Assembly: GCF_009914755.1 (NCBI RefSeq)
Contig: NC_060931.1
Reading direction: 5' to 3' (one strand)
Source: the human T2T-CHM13v2.0 reference genome, Homo sapiens
DNA length: 64,000 nucleotides
Below the pieces are notes generated by a model. It was not told where the DNA came from, did not search any database, and worked only from the letters and a program-made list of their open reading frames with translations. The translations under genes were made by a program, and so were the position numbers. Positions within the stretch are counted from its first letter, which is position 1, and each line of letters begins with the position of its first letter. This document shows positions 1-15,354 of the stretch, in pieces.

Positions 1-36
1 TTTTTTAAATCGTGAAACAACTTATATCCATTAGAA

Positions 37-549
37 CAGGAGTCCCCAATCCCCACAATACCAGTTTGTGGCCTTTTAGGAACTGGGCCACATAGCAGAA
101 GGTGAGCAGTGGTGGAGTGAAGCTTCACCTCTATTTACAGCCACTCCCCATTGCTCACATTTCCACCTGAGCTCCACTTCCTGTCAGATCACGGGCAGCA
201 TCAGATTCTCAGAGGAGCACGAATGCTATTGTGAACTGTGCATGCGAGGGATGTAGGTTGCATGTTCCTTATGAGAATCTAATGCCTGATGATCTGCCAC
301 TGTTTCCCATCACCCCCATATGGGACCACCTAGTTGCAGGAAAACAAGCTCAGGGCTCCCACTGATTTTACATTATGGTGAGTTGTATGATTATTTCATT
401 ATTCATCACAATGTCATAATAATAGAAATAAATTGCAAAATAAATGTATGTACTTGAATCATCCTGAAACCATCCCCTACCTCCTGATCCATGGAAAAAC
501 TGTCTTCCATGAAACCAGTCTCTGGTGCCAAAAAGGTTGGAGAATGCTG
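37..549 (+). mobile_element. MER1A hAT-Charlie DNA transposon, near full length
   Basis: CAGGAGTCCCCAA...TTGGAGAATGCTG termini, typical MER1 body, 8-bp TSD CATTAGAA/CTTTAGAA (7/8 match). Confidence 0.9.
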
Positions 550-3499
550 CTTTAGAAGAAAGAAAGGTCACTGAATGATATTTAAGTTTTCCCATAACAG
601 GTTATGGGCTCTCAGTTATTTCTGAAGTAAGGAGAACTGGTAAGGCTGCTGAAAATGCTTACAGTGCATTTTTGAAAACCATTTGGATGATTTGATATCA
701 CTTCTTTAACTATTAACATTTCTTTACTGAAAGTGATACAGATGCTTTTATTTTACTAAATTACTTCTCAATTATTTAGCTTATAGTATGATCTTAGGTA
801 ACAAAGCTAATTTTATATTCTCTTGTGATTATTAACCTAAATCTGGTATAATGAGATGCTTCCTCCCCTCAGGAGCGGTCCAGCTGTGACTCAGCTGCAT
901 CAAATTTATGTCTTCTGAAATTAAGACACCTGGATTTGTTTGCTAAACTCTATTTAAAAACTACTCAGTGAGGATTCTCTTGATTTTGCACCATTCACAG
1001 GAAGAAATTCTGAAAGTTGAATTATTGGTTCCCGTATTTTTTATTTTTTATTTTTTTTTATAAAATCATGATAAACAGAACTCTTACTTCATCCATTTTG
1101 TTGTTGCTGTTGCCGCATTTTGCTTTTTCTTCCTCCTTTCCTCTCCCTCTTGGCAAAAGAATGCTACAAAAATATAAAGATTGTTGTAATCTGGGGCGAA
1201 ATTATCCATCCACCTAAATAATCTCCTCCTGTTATCTTTGATGAATATGTCTAACACCATTAATAAGCAATAGTTTCTTATAAAAAATGCAGCCGTTTCC
1301 AAGAAAATTTTGATGCTTGACTTTTGGGGTATTCTCTCATCTGACTTCTTTCAAATGTTTGTGAAATCGCTGATTTGGAAATCTTTAGACTTAGCCAATA
1401 AAAGTGAAATAATGTAAATGGATATGGATTTGAATAAAGAATATGGTTTTATTTTTAAGTAAAATGAGAAAAACATTCAAGGGCTCATAGTCCCTTAGTT
1501 TCATCACCCAGTTTCATCCCAAAGCTGCCATAGAAGCTCCTGTCTGAAAAATATGCCTACTCTACTCTTGAAAGCCCATTCTTGGCATCACGGATGCCAC
1601 CACCAAATGCCAGACAATGCTGGCAACTACAGAATTGCTGTCATTTCTCATTAGCAGGCATCAAAATGTCCTAATACTCTCTGCCACTATCTGGGCCTGT
1701 TGAGATATTAATTAAACATGTCTTTCTTGCCAAGTCATGTGATCAACTTTCACTAGGCTAGGTAGAGCCAAGTGAGCCCATCCAACTACACTGGATAAAG
1801 AAATACCTCTAAGAATTTGTCTGTGAAGAGGAAAATGCCTCCCATTTGTATTACTGCAAAGGAATTCAGAGCTCTAGAAAAGCCTGTGTGTGTTTTCTAC
1901 CATATGGCTATCTGTTGCTGAGTTATCCCACTTAGAGAATATTCAAGCATTTGATGGAAACATATCCCTACTCGGAAAATGAGCTCCTCTAGAGTTTGAA
2001 TGACATAGATAGAGATTTCCTGAGATAATAAAACCTGCATTGGGGCAGGCCAGACTGATTGTCCTACAGGTTCCTAAATTACCTGAAGCTAGGTGGACAG
2101 CACAAACTTTGTTAATTTATTGTCCAAAAGCACTATTTTTCTTTTGTATAGTTCTTTAAATTAAGCTGACTTAATTAAGCTCTGTGTAAGAGCAAAATAA
2201 CATTTTCTGGACTTCCACAAGGGAGAGATTCTCAATAATAAGGATTCCTGCCTTCCCACAGCATAGCAGTTCCAGGAGAGAAGTACTGGGATTGCATGCG
2301 TATTAGATGCCCTTGAGTAAGGCAAGTAGGAAACTCCAGACAGCAGTACTTGCTGCTTGGTTGTTAGTATAGGTGTCTACTCCTGTGTGTTACAGCACCT
2401 GATGGGAAAGCCCAAGCTATGATAAAAAAAAAAAAAAAAAAAATCTCCTCTCTTCTCAGCTGACCATGTGGCTGATTAGCCACAAGGCCAGTCATCCCAA
2501 AGGGTGCTGAAGAGAAGTGGGCTGGGAGGGGAAGCCCAGTGATGGATGATGAAAGTGCAGTCATTGCAAAACAAGTCCTTCTCTTATTGTTGCTAGATCC
2601 ACTGCTTATGACCTATTTTCCGCTTTTACCAGATAAAATGTACCATCAACTCTGTCTTGAAACTTTTGCTTTCCTGCAGTGTGATTGCCACAGTTCCACT
2701 GAACAGAGGTCATTTTCGCTAAGCTTCCTTTCTACAGTCTAAACTAGGTTTTTGAGCTAACACGTATTTTAGAAGTAAAAATAATACTACAGAATGATGC
2801 ATAGGGCAAAAATAGTATAGAGGAGAAATTTATTGAGAAGCATTTGGATTGCTATTAGTAATCAAGAAAAATGTTTATTAATAAGTAACATTTCTCCTCT
2901 TCCTTTATACATATAGATGAGATATTGAAAGAAGTTGAACATAGCAGAAGCATGTTAGTCTAAAGCCCAAGTAATCTCTTTGCTATTTAAAAATTCTAAA
3001 GGATTTGAATTAGGATTTCAGTTCACATTCAAAGTGGTAGTTTTTTTTCCCATTTGTCATCACCCTATGCTTCTCATGCACTACCTACCTTAAGATGAAA
3101 TAAATGAATATCAGGTAGTAAATTCTACCACATGTGGTTATTATCCAAGGAATGGGCTCACATTGACACTTGATTAACATCAGTTTCACATGTGGTAATA
3201 AAAAAAAAAATTAATCTGTGCAAACTGTAATTGTCATGCTGGGATCATTTAGATTCCAGCAGTCTCTCTGTTGAGCAGTTTAAGAAAACTGTGTTTTCAT
3301 TGTACTTTTTAAATGAGGAAGCCCAGTGGAAAAATCATATTTGAATCTTGAGAAATCTTTTGCTTTCTAAAAGTGCAGTAAATGAATATAACTTTGATGG
3401 TTGGGAAGATGAGCTTGTTATCCACAGACTTAAAAAATTAAGAATAAATATACAAGTTTTTTGGAGGGGTAATTTAGTAGATATTTTAAAATACTTACC

Positions 3500-3901
<402 letters not shown>

Positions 3902-5114
3902 CTAGTTCTCTCCCCCAAGCATGTGGCTACCTACTAGTTTTAACCAAAGAAGGAAGGCTTTAAGCAGGAGGGAGAAAGAATATGGAGACGTTAGGAGAGT
4001 GGGTGGGGAGAAAAGGAGGAGAGAGCTGCACTCTTCATCTGTATATAAGATCATGTTACTTGCAAACAGAGACAAGTTACCTCTGAATGGCAAGGCTGAG
4101 AACACTAGTGTTTCTAGCTCTGTGCTTTCTACAGTGTGATTTGTGGACAAATAGAGGGCTTTATATGCATTGCAAGTGACCCTGAAGATAATATAAATGC
4201 AGCTTAGAAGAAGTAGAAATGTATCTATTTTTAAAGTAATCTTACTTCTTACCTTAGATTTAAATATATACTTAAGGTCAAAAAGTATTTTTAAAATCAA
4301 AAGAACAGTATTTTTTTCCATGTAAAACCAGAGCAAGATTTTTTTTTAAAAAAACTGGTAGTAAGCAGAAGTGATTTCATTAATGCCTCTTTGGAAACAG
4401 TTTATGGATAAAATTAGCAATATGATCTATCACTGACATTTACTCTTTTATCCTTTATGCAGAAGGGCTTTTCATTTATAACAATGAGAGAGATTATAAA
4501 TCAGTTATTAAAACCTTATCAAAGACAAAGGCATAGACATTTTTACATTAAAATTATGAATGCAAAAACAGACCAGCCTGGTCTCTTACAAACCATGAAC
4601 AGTATAAACACATTGACAGTTCTTATACTAGATAGATCCTAAATAAAAATGAAATCAAATAATACTCATTCCTGGAGGTATACCTCATATAAGTCCCTTT
4701 ATGTCATCAGCAACCCTATTGTATTGACATAAGCTCTCTATCCACTGTTCTTCTTAATGCCACCGACCAGGTGCTTTTCATCTTTGAACACAAATGCCTA
4801 TCCCACTGCTTAGTGCTTGGTAAGTATTAAATACAATTTGGGGCAACTAAACTGTAACTGTGTCTGAATGCACAAACACACACACATACCCCCAAATATA
4901 TACACATACCTCTCAAATGACTGTAAAGATAGGTTCATCAGACTCGGAACATACAAAGCCCTTGCTACATAAGAGAAGCTTTCTCTGTGGGATACAGCAT
5001 CTTAAATTCTTTTCAATTCTCAATAAGAGAGAAGAACTTTATTTTCATTTGGTAATGTTCCTGATATATAGTACATGATATTCTTTATGCCAAGTTTTGT
5101 TCTATCGAAAAATA

Positions 5115-5724
5115 TCTGACACTTCCAAACTCATTTTATGAGTCCAGCATTACCCTGATACTGAATCCAGACTAGGAGACTACAATTAAAATTACAAGTC
5201 AGTATCCCTGATAAGCATACATGCAAAAATCTTCAAGAAAATAGCAGCAAACCAAGTTCTACAGCATATTCCAAGAATTATACACCAAGATCAACTGGGA
5301 TTTATCCCTGGATGCAAGGATGGTTTGATATATCTAAATTAGCAAATGTGATTACACCGTATAAACAAAATGAAGGATAAGAATCATATGATCATTTCAA
5401 CAGACACAGAAGAAGCATTTGACAAAATTCAACATCCTTTCATAATAAAAACTCTCAGCAAACTAGATACAGAAGGAACATACCTCAATTCAATAAAGGC
5501 TGTATGTGAGGAGCCCACAGCTATCATCATCCTCAATGGTGAAAAACTGAACGCTTTCCCTCAAGGATCAGGAAAAAGACAAGGATCCCCACTCCTGTCA
5601 CTTCTATTCAACAATGCACTGAAAGTCGTAAGCAGAGCAATTGGGTAAGAAGAAGAAAAAAACACATCCAAATCCAAAAGGAAGAAGTTAGATTTTCTCT
5701 GTTTGCAGATGACATGCTCTTATA
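5115..5724 (+). mobile_element. Old L1 (L1MA-like) ORF2 reverse transcriptase fragment
   Basis: ORF 5370-5648 ([30 protein letters not shown]) and TTTGCAGATGACATG (FADDM) match L1 ORF2. Confidence 0.92.
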
Positions 5725-5725
5725 G

Positions 5726-6064
5726 AGAGATGTCCCTGACTTCAGGTGGTTTGACTTACAACTTTTTCAATTTTATAGTGGTGTGAAGCCAATGCAATTT
5801 GGTGTACTTCAAATTTTAGATCTTTTCCTGAACTAGCAATATGTGGTTCATGAGATAATTCACACTGTATTAAAAAATAGACTTTCTATTAGATGATTTT
5901 GCCCAACTATAGGGTAATGTAAGTGTTCTGAGCACATTTAAGTTTGGCTAGGTTAAGCTATGATGTTTGCTATGTTAGATGTATTAGATACATTTTTTAC
6001 TTTTGGTATTTTCAACTTATCAGTTTATCAGTATGTGACCCCATGGTAAATCCAGGAGCATCTA
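5726..6064 (-). mobile_element. TcMar-Tigger non-autonomous element (MER47A-like) inserted in L1
   Basis: TTTTGCCCAACT..GTAAGTGTTCTGAGCAC..GCTAGGTTAAGCTATGATG body, ends GGAGCATCT, TA-rich flanks; L1 resumes afterwards. Confidence 0.75.
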
Positions 6065-6970
6065 CATATAGAAAACCCTACAGACTCCACCAAAAAACTA
6101 TTAGAATTAACAAGCAAATTCAGTAAAGTGGCAGTATACAAAATCATACAAAAATCAGTTTTGTTTCTATACACTACCAATGAACTATCTGAAAGAAAAA
6201 TTGAAATCTTCCCACTTGTAATAGTATCAAAAAGCATAAATTACTTAGGCATATATTTAACCAAAGAGGTGAGTGAAGGATCCATACATTGATACCATGA
6301 ACATGGATGAAAAAAAGTGAAGACGACACAAATAGATGGAAAGATAACCCATGTTCTCAGATTGGAAGAGTTTAACAGTTAGTCCCACTAAAATATCCTT
6401 ATCAATGCAAGCTATACAATCAAGGAATCTCTATCAAATTTCCAATCAGATGTTTTATAGAAATAGAAAAAAAAATCCTAAAATTCATGTGGAATCACAA
6501 AAGACCCCAAATGGACAAAGCAATAGCAAAAGAAAGCTGGAGGAATCACATACTAAGTATGAGGGAAATGCATATCAAAGTCATTTGTGACAACATGGCT
6601 AAACCTAGACAGCATAATGCTAAGTGAAATAAGCCAGACAGAGAAAAACAAATGCTGTATCTATCACTTATATAGGGAACCTAAAAAAAAATGAAATGTC
6701 AAACTCACAGAAACAGGGAGTAAAATAATAGTAAATGCAGAAGCTGAGGGTAGGGACAATGGAGAAATGTTGATCAAAAGGTACAAACTTTCAATTACAA
6801 GATGAATAAGTTCTGGGGAGCTAATATACAACATGGTGACTACAGTTAATTATACTGTATTGTATACTTGAAATTTGCTAAAAGAGTAGATCTGAAGTGT
6901 TCTCACACAAAAAAGAATATCTGAGTTGATGGGTGTGTTAATTAACCCGATTGTGGTAATCATTTCACAA

Positions 6971-7029
<59 letters not shown>

Positions 7030-7110
7030 AATCATCATGTTGTACATTTTAAATATATACAATTTTATTTGTCATGTGTACCTCCATGAGACTGAAATTA
7101 AAAAAAGAAA
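6065..7110 (+). mobile_element. L1MA-like ORF2 remnant plus 3' UTR (L1MA8-10-like), internally deleted
   Basis: GAAAACCCTACAGACTCCACCAAAAAAC, AAAGCTGGAGGAATCAC, then 3' UTR motifs GATGAATAAGTTCTGG and GAAATTTGCTAAAAGAGTAGATC. Confidence 0.88.
6971..7024. repeat. (TG)n(TA)n compound microsatellite
   Basis: Seen directly. Confidence 0.97.
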
Positions 7111-7274
7111 GTAGCAGGAAAAGTAGGCTTCAATATCAACACAATGGATTTTTGGACATTTTGAGGCAAGGACTCTATTATACACATCAGAAGAGTGTAG
7201 AAAAGCAATAGTTGAGCGAGAAGTACCCTCTGTGCTTTTCCTGACAGATGATTCCAAGGCATAGGATGCTAAGG

Positions 7275-7735
7275 GTGTTTGATTTCTAGGGCTGCCATTA
7301 ATAAATAACCACATTCTTGCTGGTCAAAACAACAGAAATTTATTCTCTCACAGATTTGCAGTTTAGAAGTCCATAATCAAGGTGCTGGCAAGCCCACGCT
7401 CCCCTTGAAATTTCTAGGAAAGACTTTTCTTTGCCTTTCACTGGCTTCTATTGATTGCCAGTAATTTTTGGCATACCTTGACTTGTACATGCCTCAATCT
7501 ATTCTCTGCCTCCTTCTTCACACAGCCACGTTCCCTGGGTGTTTCTGTCTCTGTCCCTGTGTCAGAATCTTTCTCTCCTTTCTCTTGTAAAGACACCAGC
7601 CATTGGATTGAGTGTCCACATTGATCCAGTACAAATTAATCTTGACAAATTACATCTGCAAAGACTGTATTCCCAAATACGATCCCATCATGAGTTTGGG
7701 TGGAAGTGAGCTTTTGCAGGACTCTCTACACCCCG
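7275..7735 (-). mobile_element. MLT1 (B/C-like) MaLR solo LTR
   Basis: CTAGGGCTGCC..AAAACAACAGAAATTTATTCTCTCACAG..ATTACATCTGCAAAGAC motifs. Confidence 0.82.
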
Positions 7736-8628
7736 CTTTGCCACACCTTCTCCTGTCCAGCACGGAGCTCCCTGTGTCCCCTGTGCTTTCCCAGCTCCGT
7801 TATGCCATCCCCTAACCTGCACCCCAGATTACTCTTCTCCCCACTTTTACCACACTCAAAATTTACTTTCTGTAGGCTCCAGTCACATTCTCTTTTTATT
7901 TTGTGAAATCTTGTTTGCTCACTAAAACTTAAACGGATTTCTCTTTTGTAAAAAAAAAAAAATATTTTTGACAGCAATTAGTTCTGTATAATGTCTCTGG
8001 TATTTATACACTCAGTTAATTTTTTTTCCAAGTGTTTTACCCACAGTTTTTTCTCCCAGAAAATAAATTGTGTAGGCCTAAGTTAACTATTCTGTCTCTC
8101 TTTTTGCAAAACCTAATAGTCTTTGTTGATTAAATTTTTCATTTTGAACACACTCTGTGGGTTTAAAGAACCCTGAGGAGAAGGGAGAGGAGAGTATGTT
8201 AGGTATTGAATTTTCATTCTTCAAAATTGCATGTAAGGAAGATATTTTATTTTTCAGATGAAAAAGCTGAGGTTCAAAGTTCATGGCAGAGCCACAATTT
8301 CAAACCATTTCCTGTTGATTTTGTGAAATCTGTGCTTGTCCATACTCCCTCCCTTCTGCCATGGCATTTCCAACTCTCAGAGCACCAATTCCAAACAGCC
8401 TGGAGACTGGGAAGTGGTTCTGAGAAGTTGGTTTTCTATTGGCAGCTCTAGTAGAGAAGCCCTGTCCTGTAGCTCCTGACATGAGTCCCCAGTGCATCAG
8501 CCTGAGAGCAGCTGCTGTGGGAGTAAGTTCAGGGTACCTCTGAGAAAAGAGGGGGCCCTCACTGACCTAGAGGCATGTATGAAAACCTAGGGCTCCCAAG
8601 GGGTCTTGGCAATCATTTGTTCTAGCTA

Positions 8629-8994
<366 letters not shown>

Positions 8995-10396
8995 TTACAT
9001 TAAATTTTGGAGTTATAATCACATTAATATAAATTATATCGAGATTGTATTTTTTGTTTAAAAATATAATTTAAAAACTATATTCATATATATATATATA
9101 TAGGAATCAGAAAGACTCATTTTTCCAGGCATTTTGGGTTAGGGAAAATCTGTCCTTTGCTTCCCCGACCATTTTGAATGTGATTAAATATGCACACACA
9201 CATGCACACACACACGCATGCACACACTGATGCAAACTTTAGCAAGTGACATGAGGGTGTCTTTTCACAGGATAACTTTTTTCATTTGATTCCTCATTCA
9301 TAAAACACTAGTATGATATACATCCCCACATAGATTTTCCCCGTTTCTATAAAGGATGAAGATTCAAATGCTGCAAAGCTCACTGCGGGCCCCTGGCTCA
9401 GAAACAGTTCTCTCAGCACTCTCCTGACATTATTAATGGCCCTGATGTACAAACCCAGAATAAAATAGAATTAAAATCCAAAGTTAATTTCAAGCTCCAT
9501 TAGAAATTAAAGGTGTTGGGAAAGAAATCAATATTTACCCAGTGCAAAATGACTAAATTCAAAGCAATTAATTCTATTATTTTGTAACTTCTAAAAACTA
9601 TAAAAGACCTTCAAACAATAAAATGTTGCCACGCGCACACACATATACAATGTGTGACTAAAAATAATGAGAATGATATCCAGCAGCGACATGCAAAAAT
9701 CTCTTTTATTATTTTATAGCCACACTATGTAGTGTACACACTAAAGTGTGTCTTAAAATAGAGCCAATTATTCCATAAAATTCGTGGCTATTTCCAGCAA
9801 TTATCAGCACTTAGTTGTAAATCTGGGAGGATTTAAGGGACAGAAACAATGCAAAAGAGCGAGGAGATTAATTTAAATGGAAGAAATGTATCTGTTTTCT
9901 TAATTTTGCTTTCTCTTTTTCCAGCTTCTTTTTATGTAATGCTATCGATCACCAAACAAATGGCCTTAAACGCTGTAGTTCCCAACAGGATGAAGTATTT
10001 CACAACCTGTAGAGCTGTAGGTTATCATACACATAAAACTGGCACTCAGTAAAAGCTTTTTCCTGTCACAATCATTGCCATTTCTTCCCTGTAGTGCCTT
10101 TTGGAGAAAGTCTGAGTTAACAAATGGATCTTTTCCAGGTGCAGAAAGATCAGAGTCAAATGGGTTTGGATCAGATCTTGTAACGAGAATGTGTCACTCT
10201 TTCCCTCCCCTTGTCAAGAAGGAGTCTCTTAAGAACCGGCTCAAGCATCACTTATCATTACAGCAGACTGGGGTGAACAGTTGTAAAAGATAATGATAGA
10301 CCAAACCAGTTCTTAGCTAAGGAGATGTCATGAGCCTTCTGATGAAACCTTTCTCTCTTTGTGATAGAAATAGTCAAAATGATTAAGGACTACTAG

Positions 10397-10960
<564 letters not shown>

Positions 10961-11134
10961 TAATGAATCAAAGCTGGGCTTTAGCAGCTGAGCCACCTGG
11001 GCCACTAACATCTACCCACTGTCTGGTTTTCCACACTAGCTATAACAAAAACACACTTGTTAGACCAAATTGATTTTCTGCTCTCTTTACGTCTCCAAAT
11101 TACTCAGCTGTTTCTTCCTTCCTGTGATATTTTA

Positions 11135-11345
11135 AAAGGTCTGGGGTTCTAGCCCCAACTCTGTCACTTACTGTGGGTGTGAGCTGAGGCTAGTGATTTG
11201 GCCTCCCTGATCCTCACTCCCCTCTCCTGTCAAATGAAAATGATTGTATTTACCTTGAAAGTTGTTTTCTTAAAAGAAAAAAATAAAACAATTTAAAATG
11301 CATGTGAAGTGGATGTTCATGATCAGACCTATTGTAGACTCTCCA
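11135..11345 (+). mobile_element. MIR SINE fragment
   Basis: GGGTTCTAGCCCCAACTCTGTCACTTACT..CTGTCAAATGAAAATGAT core-like sequence. Confidence 0.65.
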
Positions 11346-11626
11346 AAGTAGCAGCTGTGGACATTACCATGGATCTCCATTTTCCTGGGTTTCCCAGGAC
11401 TGCACACTCTCTCCCCGCTCTGCTTCCTTCAGACCTACTCTCCAGAGAGCTTCTGGTACCTAATATTAGTGTTTGTAGGTGACCATAAGTCAAGTTAGCA
11501 AATATGACATATAGGAAAGTAGATAAGAATGCAGGGGTATGAAAATAAGGTAAAAATGGGGAGTAACATGTGTTTAAAAATTGTTAATCTTTCTCAACAA
11601 CATTTCTTATGGACTCAGCTAAGTAA

Positions 11627-12109
<483 letters not shown>

Positions 12110-12169
12110 ACTTTCTCTTTCTTATAGTGGTTTTTCTTTGTTTTCTGTAACTCAGCAGCTCTTCATTTG

Positions 12170-12820
12170 GGTTCAGTGTAGTTCAAGCCTCTGCTTCTCA
12201 GTATACTTCCTGGGCTTTTTCTTTAGCCTTGTCCTCCAGTAGTGGTGCTCTCCAGCTGTGTCCTCAGGCTTTCCTTCTCAACATATGCACTTACCCTTAC
12301 TGTCCCTAACCATGGCATCAATTTTCATTTACATAGTGATTCCTTCATCCATATTGCCACTCTAGAACATTTTGCTGGGCCCATTAAATGTCCTGGTGGA
12401 CAGTGACCAGCACATAGTAGAAATGTAATAAATTATTATTGAATGAATGATGTCTCTAGATCCTAGCCATTATATCCCTGCATCAAGCTTGGCATATTGA
12501 AAATCAACTTATTCTTTCTGCCTCCTGTCCCCCATTCCAACCAGACTTCCTTTTCCTCCTGCATTTCCTATAAAGGAAAAACGGTCCTTTAGCAACCCAG
12601 CCACTGAAGCCAGTAATCTAGCCACATCTAATTGGTCACCAAGTTCAGCATCTTCCATCTCTGGAATGCCATTTGTATCCCATCTTCCTCTTCAGGTCAT
12701 ACTTCAACACAGATACTCCCCATTTCTGAATAACAGCAAAAACCTTGCAACTCTTGATTTAAGGGCCTTCAGTTTATCCTTCACACATCTGCAAAAGTGA
12801 GAATTTGATGCCATGACTTA
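12170..12820 (+). mobile_element. Degenerate L2 fragments
   Basis: Pyrimidine-rich L2-like text and a CAGCACATAGTAG..TTGAATGAATGA 3'-end motif; boundaries approximate. Confidence 0.45.
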
Positions 12821-12843
12821 TCAGGTCTTATCAGGTTAAATCC

Positions 12844-13204
12844 GGATATTCTTTGGCTGTGTCCCCACCCAAATCTCATATTGAATTGTAGCTCCCATAA
12901 TCCCTGCATGTCATGGGAGGGACCTGATGGGAGATAATTAAATCATAGGGGCAGATTTTCCCGTGCTGTTCTCAGCATAGGGAATACGTCTCATGAGATC
13001 TGATGATTTTTTAAAGGGCAGTTCCCCTGCACACTCTCTCTTGCCTGACACTATGTAAGACATGCCTATGACTCCTTCGCCTTCTGCCATGATTGTGAGG
13101 CCTCCGCAGCCATGTGGAACTGTGAGTCCATTAAACCTCTTTTTCTTTATAAATTACTCAGTCTCGGATATTTCTTCATAGCAGTATGAAAATGGACGAA
13201 TACA
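12844..13204 (+). mobile_element. THE1 (C/D-like) MaLR solo LTR
   Basis: TTTGGCTGTGTCCCCACCCAAATCTCA...CCATTAAACCTC...AATACA; 5-bp TSD AATCC/AAACC (4/5). Confidence 0.92.
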
Positions 13205-14138
13205 AAACCCTTTAATAAATCTCCAAAGTTGTAAATATAAAATTTGAATAAACTAATCTCACAAAATATGCATAATCTAGTTCCTGTCTTTGTATAGTTT
13301 AACCTTTACCCAGTTCCCACTCAGCTGCAGGCATTCTGAGCATGCTATAATGCTTTGTACACGTCTTTGTATGGAATGCAAACTCCCTCTTTTACTTAAT
13401 TATCATTGGCATGTTCTTCATTACTCAGCTCAAGTCTCTTTGATTGCAGGAAACATTGTATCATCCCAAATCTGATTTAGGGCCCCCACTCTCTGTTCTC
13501 CCACAGCATGCTGTGCAGACCGTGTCATAGAAAGAACAATACAGAGTTGTGGGATATTTGCTTTTTGATGTCAAAAAATATCTTATTAACTTCTCATACC
13601 AAAAACCAGGACAGGACTGATGCAATAGTTATTCAACAAATGCTTGTCATATAATGAATGGAAATTCCATATATCCAGCCTGACACTCCCGAAATTACTT
13701 ACTGGTCTGACTTTTTTGCTTGAAGGAAAGCAGCTGGACTTGGGTTAAACTTTCACTCTTCTCTTTCTCTGTCTCTTCCCTTCATTGTGCTTTTTCTTTC
13801 TAACCTGTATCAAATGAGAGAGAACCTGATATTAGTCACATATTTGGAAATTTTTTGGTATCACTGAGATTTGGTCCCTCTCACTGTCTTAGCAGTTACA
13901 CTTTAAGCTGGCTTACATATAGTTGTAAAAAGAAAGACTAGGTTCCCCAGTTAAAGAAACTTCAGGGACAGAAAAGCTCTCTTCTGCTTGTTTCCTTGCT
14001 TGTAAAGTTAGTCTTTGATATAAAGTTTAATCCTTTTATGCTGCCTGGAATGTGCTCAGAGGTTTTCTCTGCAGATTGTTTCATCTGGCAGTTAATTCCT
14101 GGGTACTTCTGGGAATTGAAGGAAAGAGGTTTTTGAGT

Positions 14139-14314
14139 TTTAGTTACTGAACTTCGATACCACCAGTCAATCCAACAGTTCTATGTCTGTATGGTTTTTT
14201 GCTTTGTTTCCTCTAAATCGGTGATTCTTAAATTGTATTTTATTTGATGGGCACATGAGTAAGTCAATACAAGTACAGACTCCTGGGCACCATCCCTTCT
14301 GATTCATAAGGTCT
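14139..14314 (+). repeat. Donor copy of 176-bp dispersed direct duplication
   Basis: Matches 15179-15354 at a constant 1040-bp offset, 7 mismatches by hand count. Confidence 0.95.
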
Positions 14315-14375
14315 ATAATAGAGTCATGGAATCTGAATTTCACTGGGCTTATGAGAAGATTCCAGAGCAGAGGAT
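14215..14375. mobile_element. MER5-like hAT-Charlie remnant
   Basis: CAGACTCCTGGGCACCATCCC..TCTGATTCATAAGGTCT..GGAATCTGAATTT resembles MER5A/B. Confidence 0.5.
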
Positions 14376-15107
14376 TCGTGCCAGTGTGACTAGGGAATCT
14401 GTTTTCTCTCTTAGCCTTTCTATCTGATCAGAAGATGAAACCTGTCTGGGGTTCTGCGTATTCTAATTCTTTCTCTTCTTTGACTTCAAGTTCCCCAGAC
14501 TCTGAGGGCTAAAACCCAGTATTTAGTGGCCTTTTACAGAGCAAATTGGCTGGCCATTCCACCTTATCCTTGCCATGTAAGCCACCAGCCATGCAGACTT
14601 TCCATTACCTCATGATCAAGAGTTTCAGTCTCTTCACCCTCACCAGGACAGAGGACATAGTCAAGGAGATCCCTGCAGAATACACTGACAAAGGACTTCA
14701 GAAATAAAGGGAGTCCCAGTTATGAGGATAGCAGACAAGGAAATATGGTAGAGCTTATGTTCTGAATCAATCATTTCAGATTCTTTGGTTTTTACATTGA
14801 ACATGTATTTGTGATTACTACAAATGGTTCCAAAAAAAAAAAATTCCCAAAAAGTAAAAGTACAACCAATGCCATACAAAATAGATTAAAAAAATCTCCA
14901 AAAGTTTAATGGTTCATAAGTACACTCATAAATTTTGAATTATTATTAATTCATAATTCCCAAGTAGTATGATAACTAGTATGCACTTTACAAAAGGCTT
15001 GGTAGGTTAATATATGACAAATATTGCTTGGAAATTTTATTTTATTACAACACTCAATTTCTAAATTTTAGATTTCATAAGTAAGTGCTCCTGTGACGGG
15101 CCTACAA

Positions 15108-15109
<2 letters not shown>

Positions 15110-15146
<37 letters not shown>
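15110..15146. repeat. (TA)n microsatellite
   Basis: Seen directly. Confidence 0.96.
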
Positions 15147-15148
<2 letters not shown>

Positions 15149-15178
15149 GCTTCCTCATATATATATACATGAGGAAGC

Positions 15179-15354
15179 TTTAGTTACTGAACTTGGATAC
15201 CACCAGTCAATCCAACAGTTCTATGTCTATATGGTTTTTTGCTTTGTTTCCTCTAAATCAGTGATTCTTAAATTATATTTTATTTGATGATCTCATGAGT
15301 AAGTCAATACAAGTACAGACTCCTGGGCACCATCCCTTCTGATTCATAAGGTCT
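15179..15354 (+). repeat. Inserted copy of 14139-14314
   Basis: 96% identical, gap-free, flanked by the inverted repeat ATAATGCTTCCTCA/TGAGGAAGCATTAT. Confidence 0.95.

Noticed and set aside
1714-1733. p53 response element
   Set aside because: One perfect half-site (AAACATGTCT) but no adequate second half-site next to it.
3902-4336. 144-aa hydrophobic minus-strand ORF
   Set aside because: Composition reflects AT-rich and purine-rich strand bias; no homology recognised.
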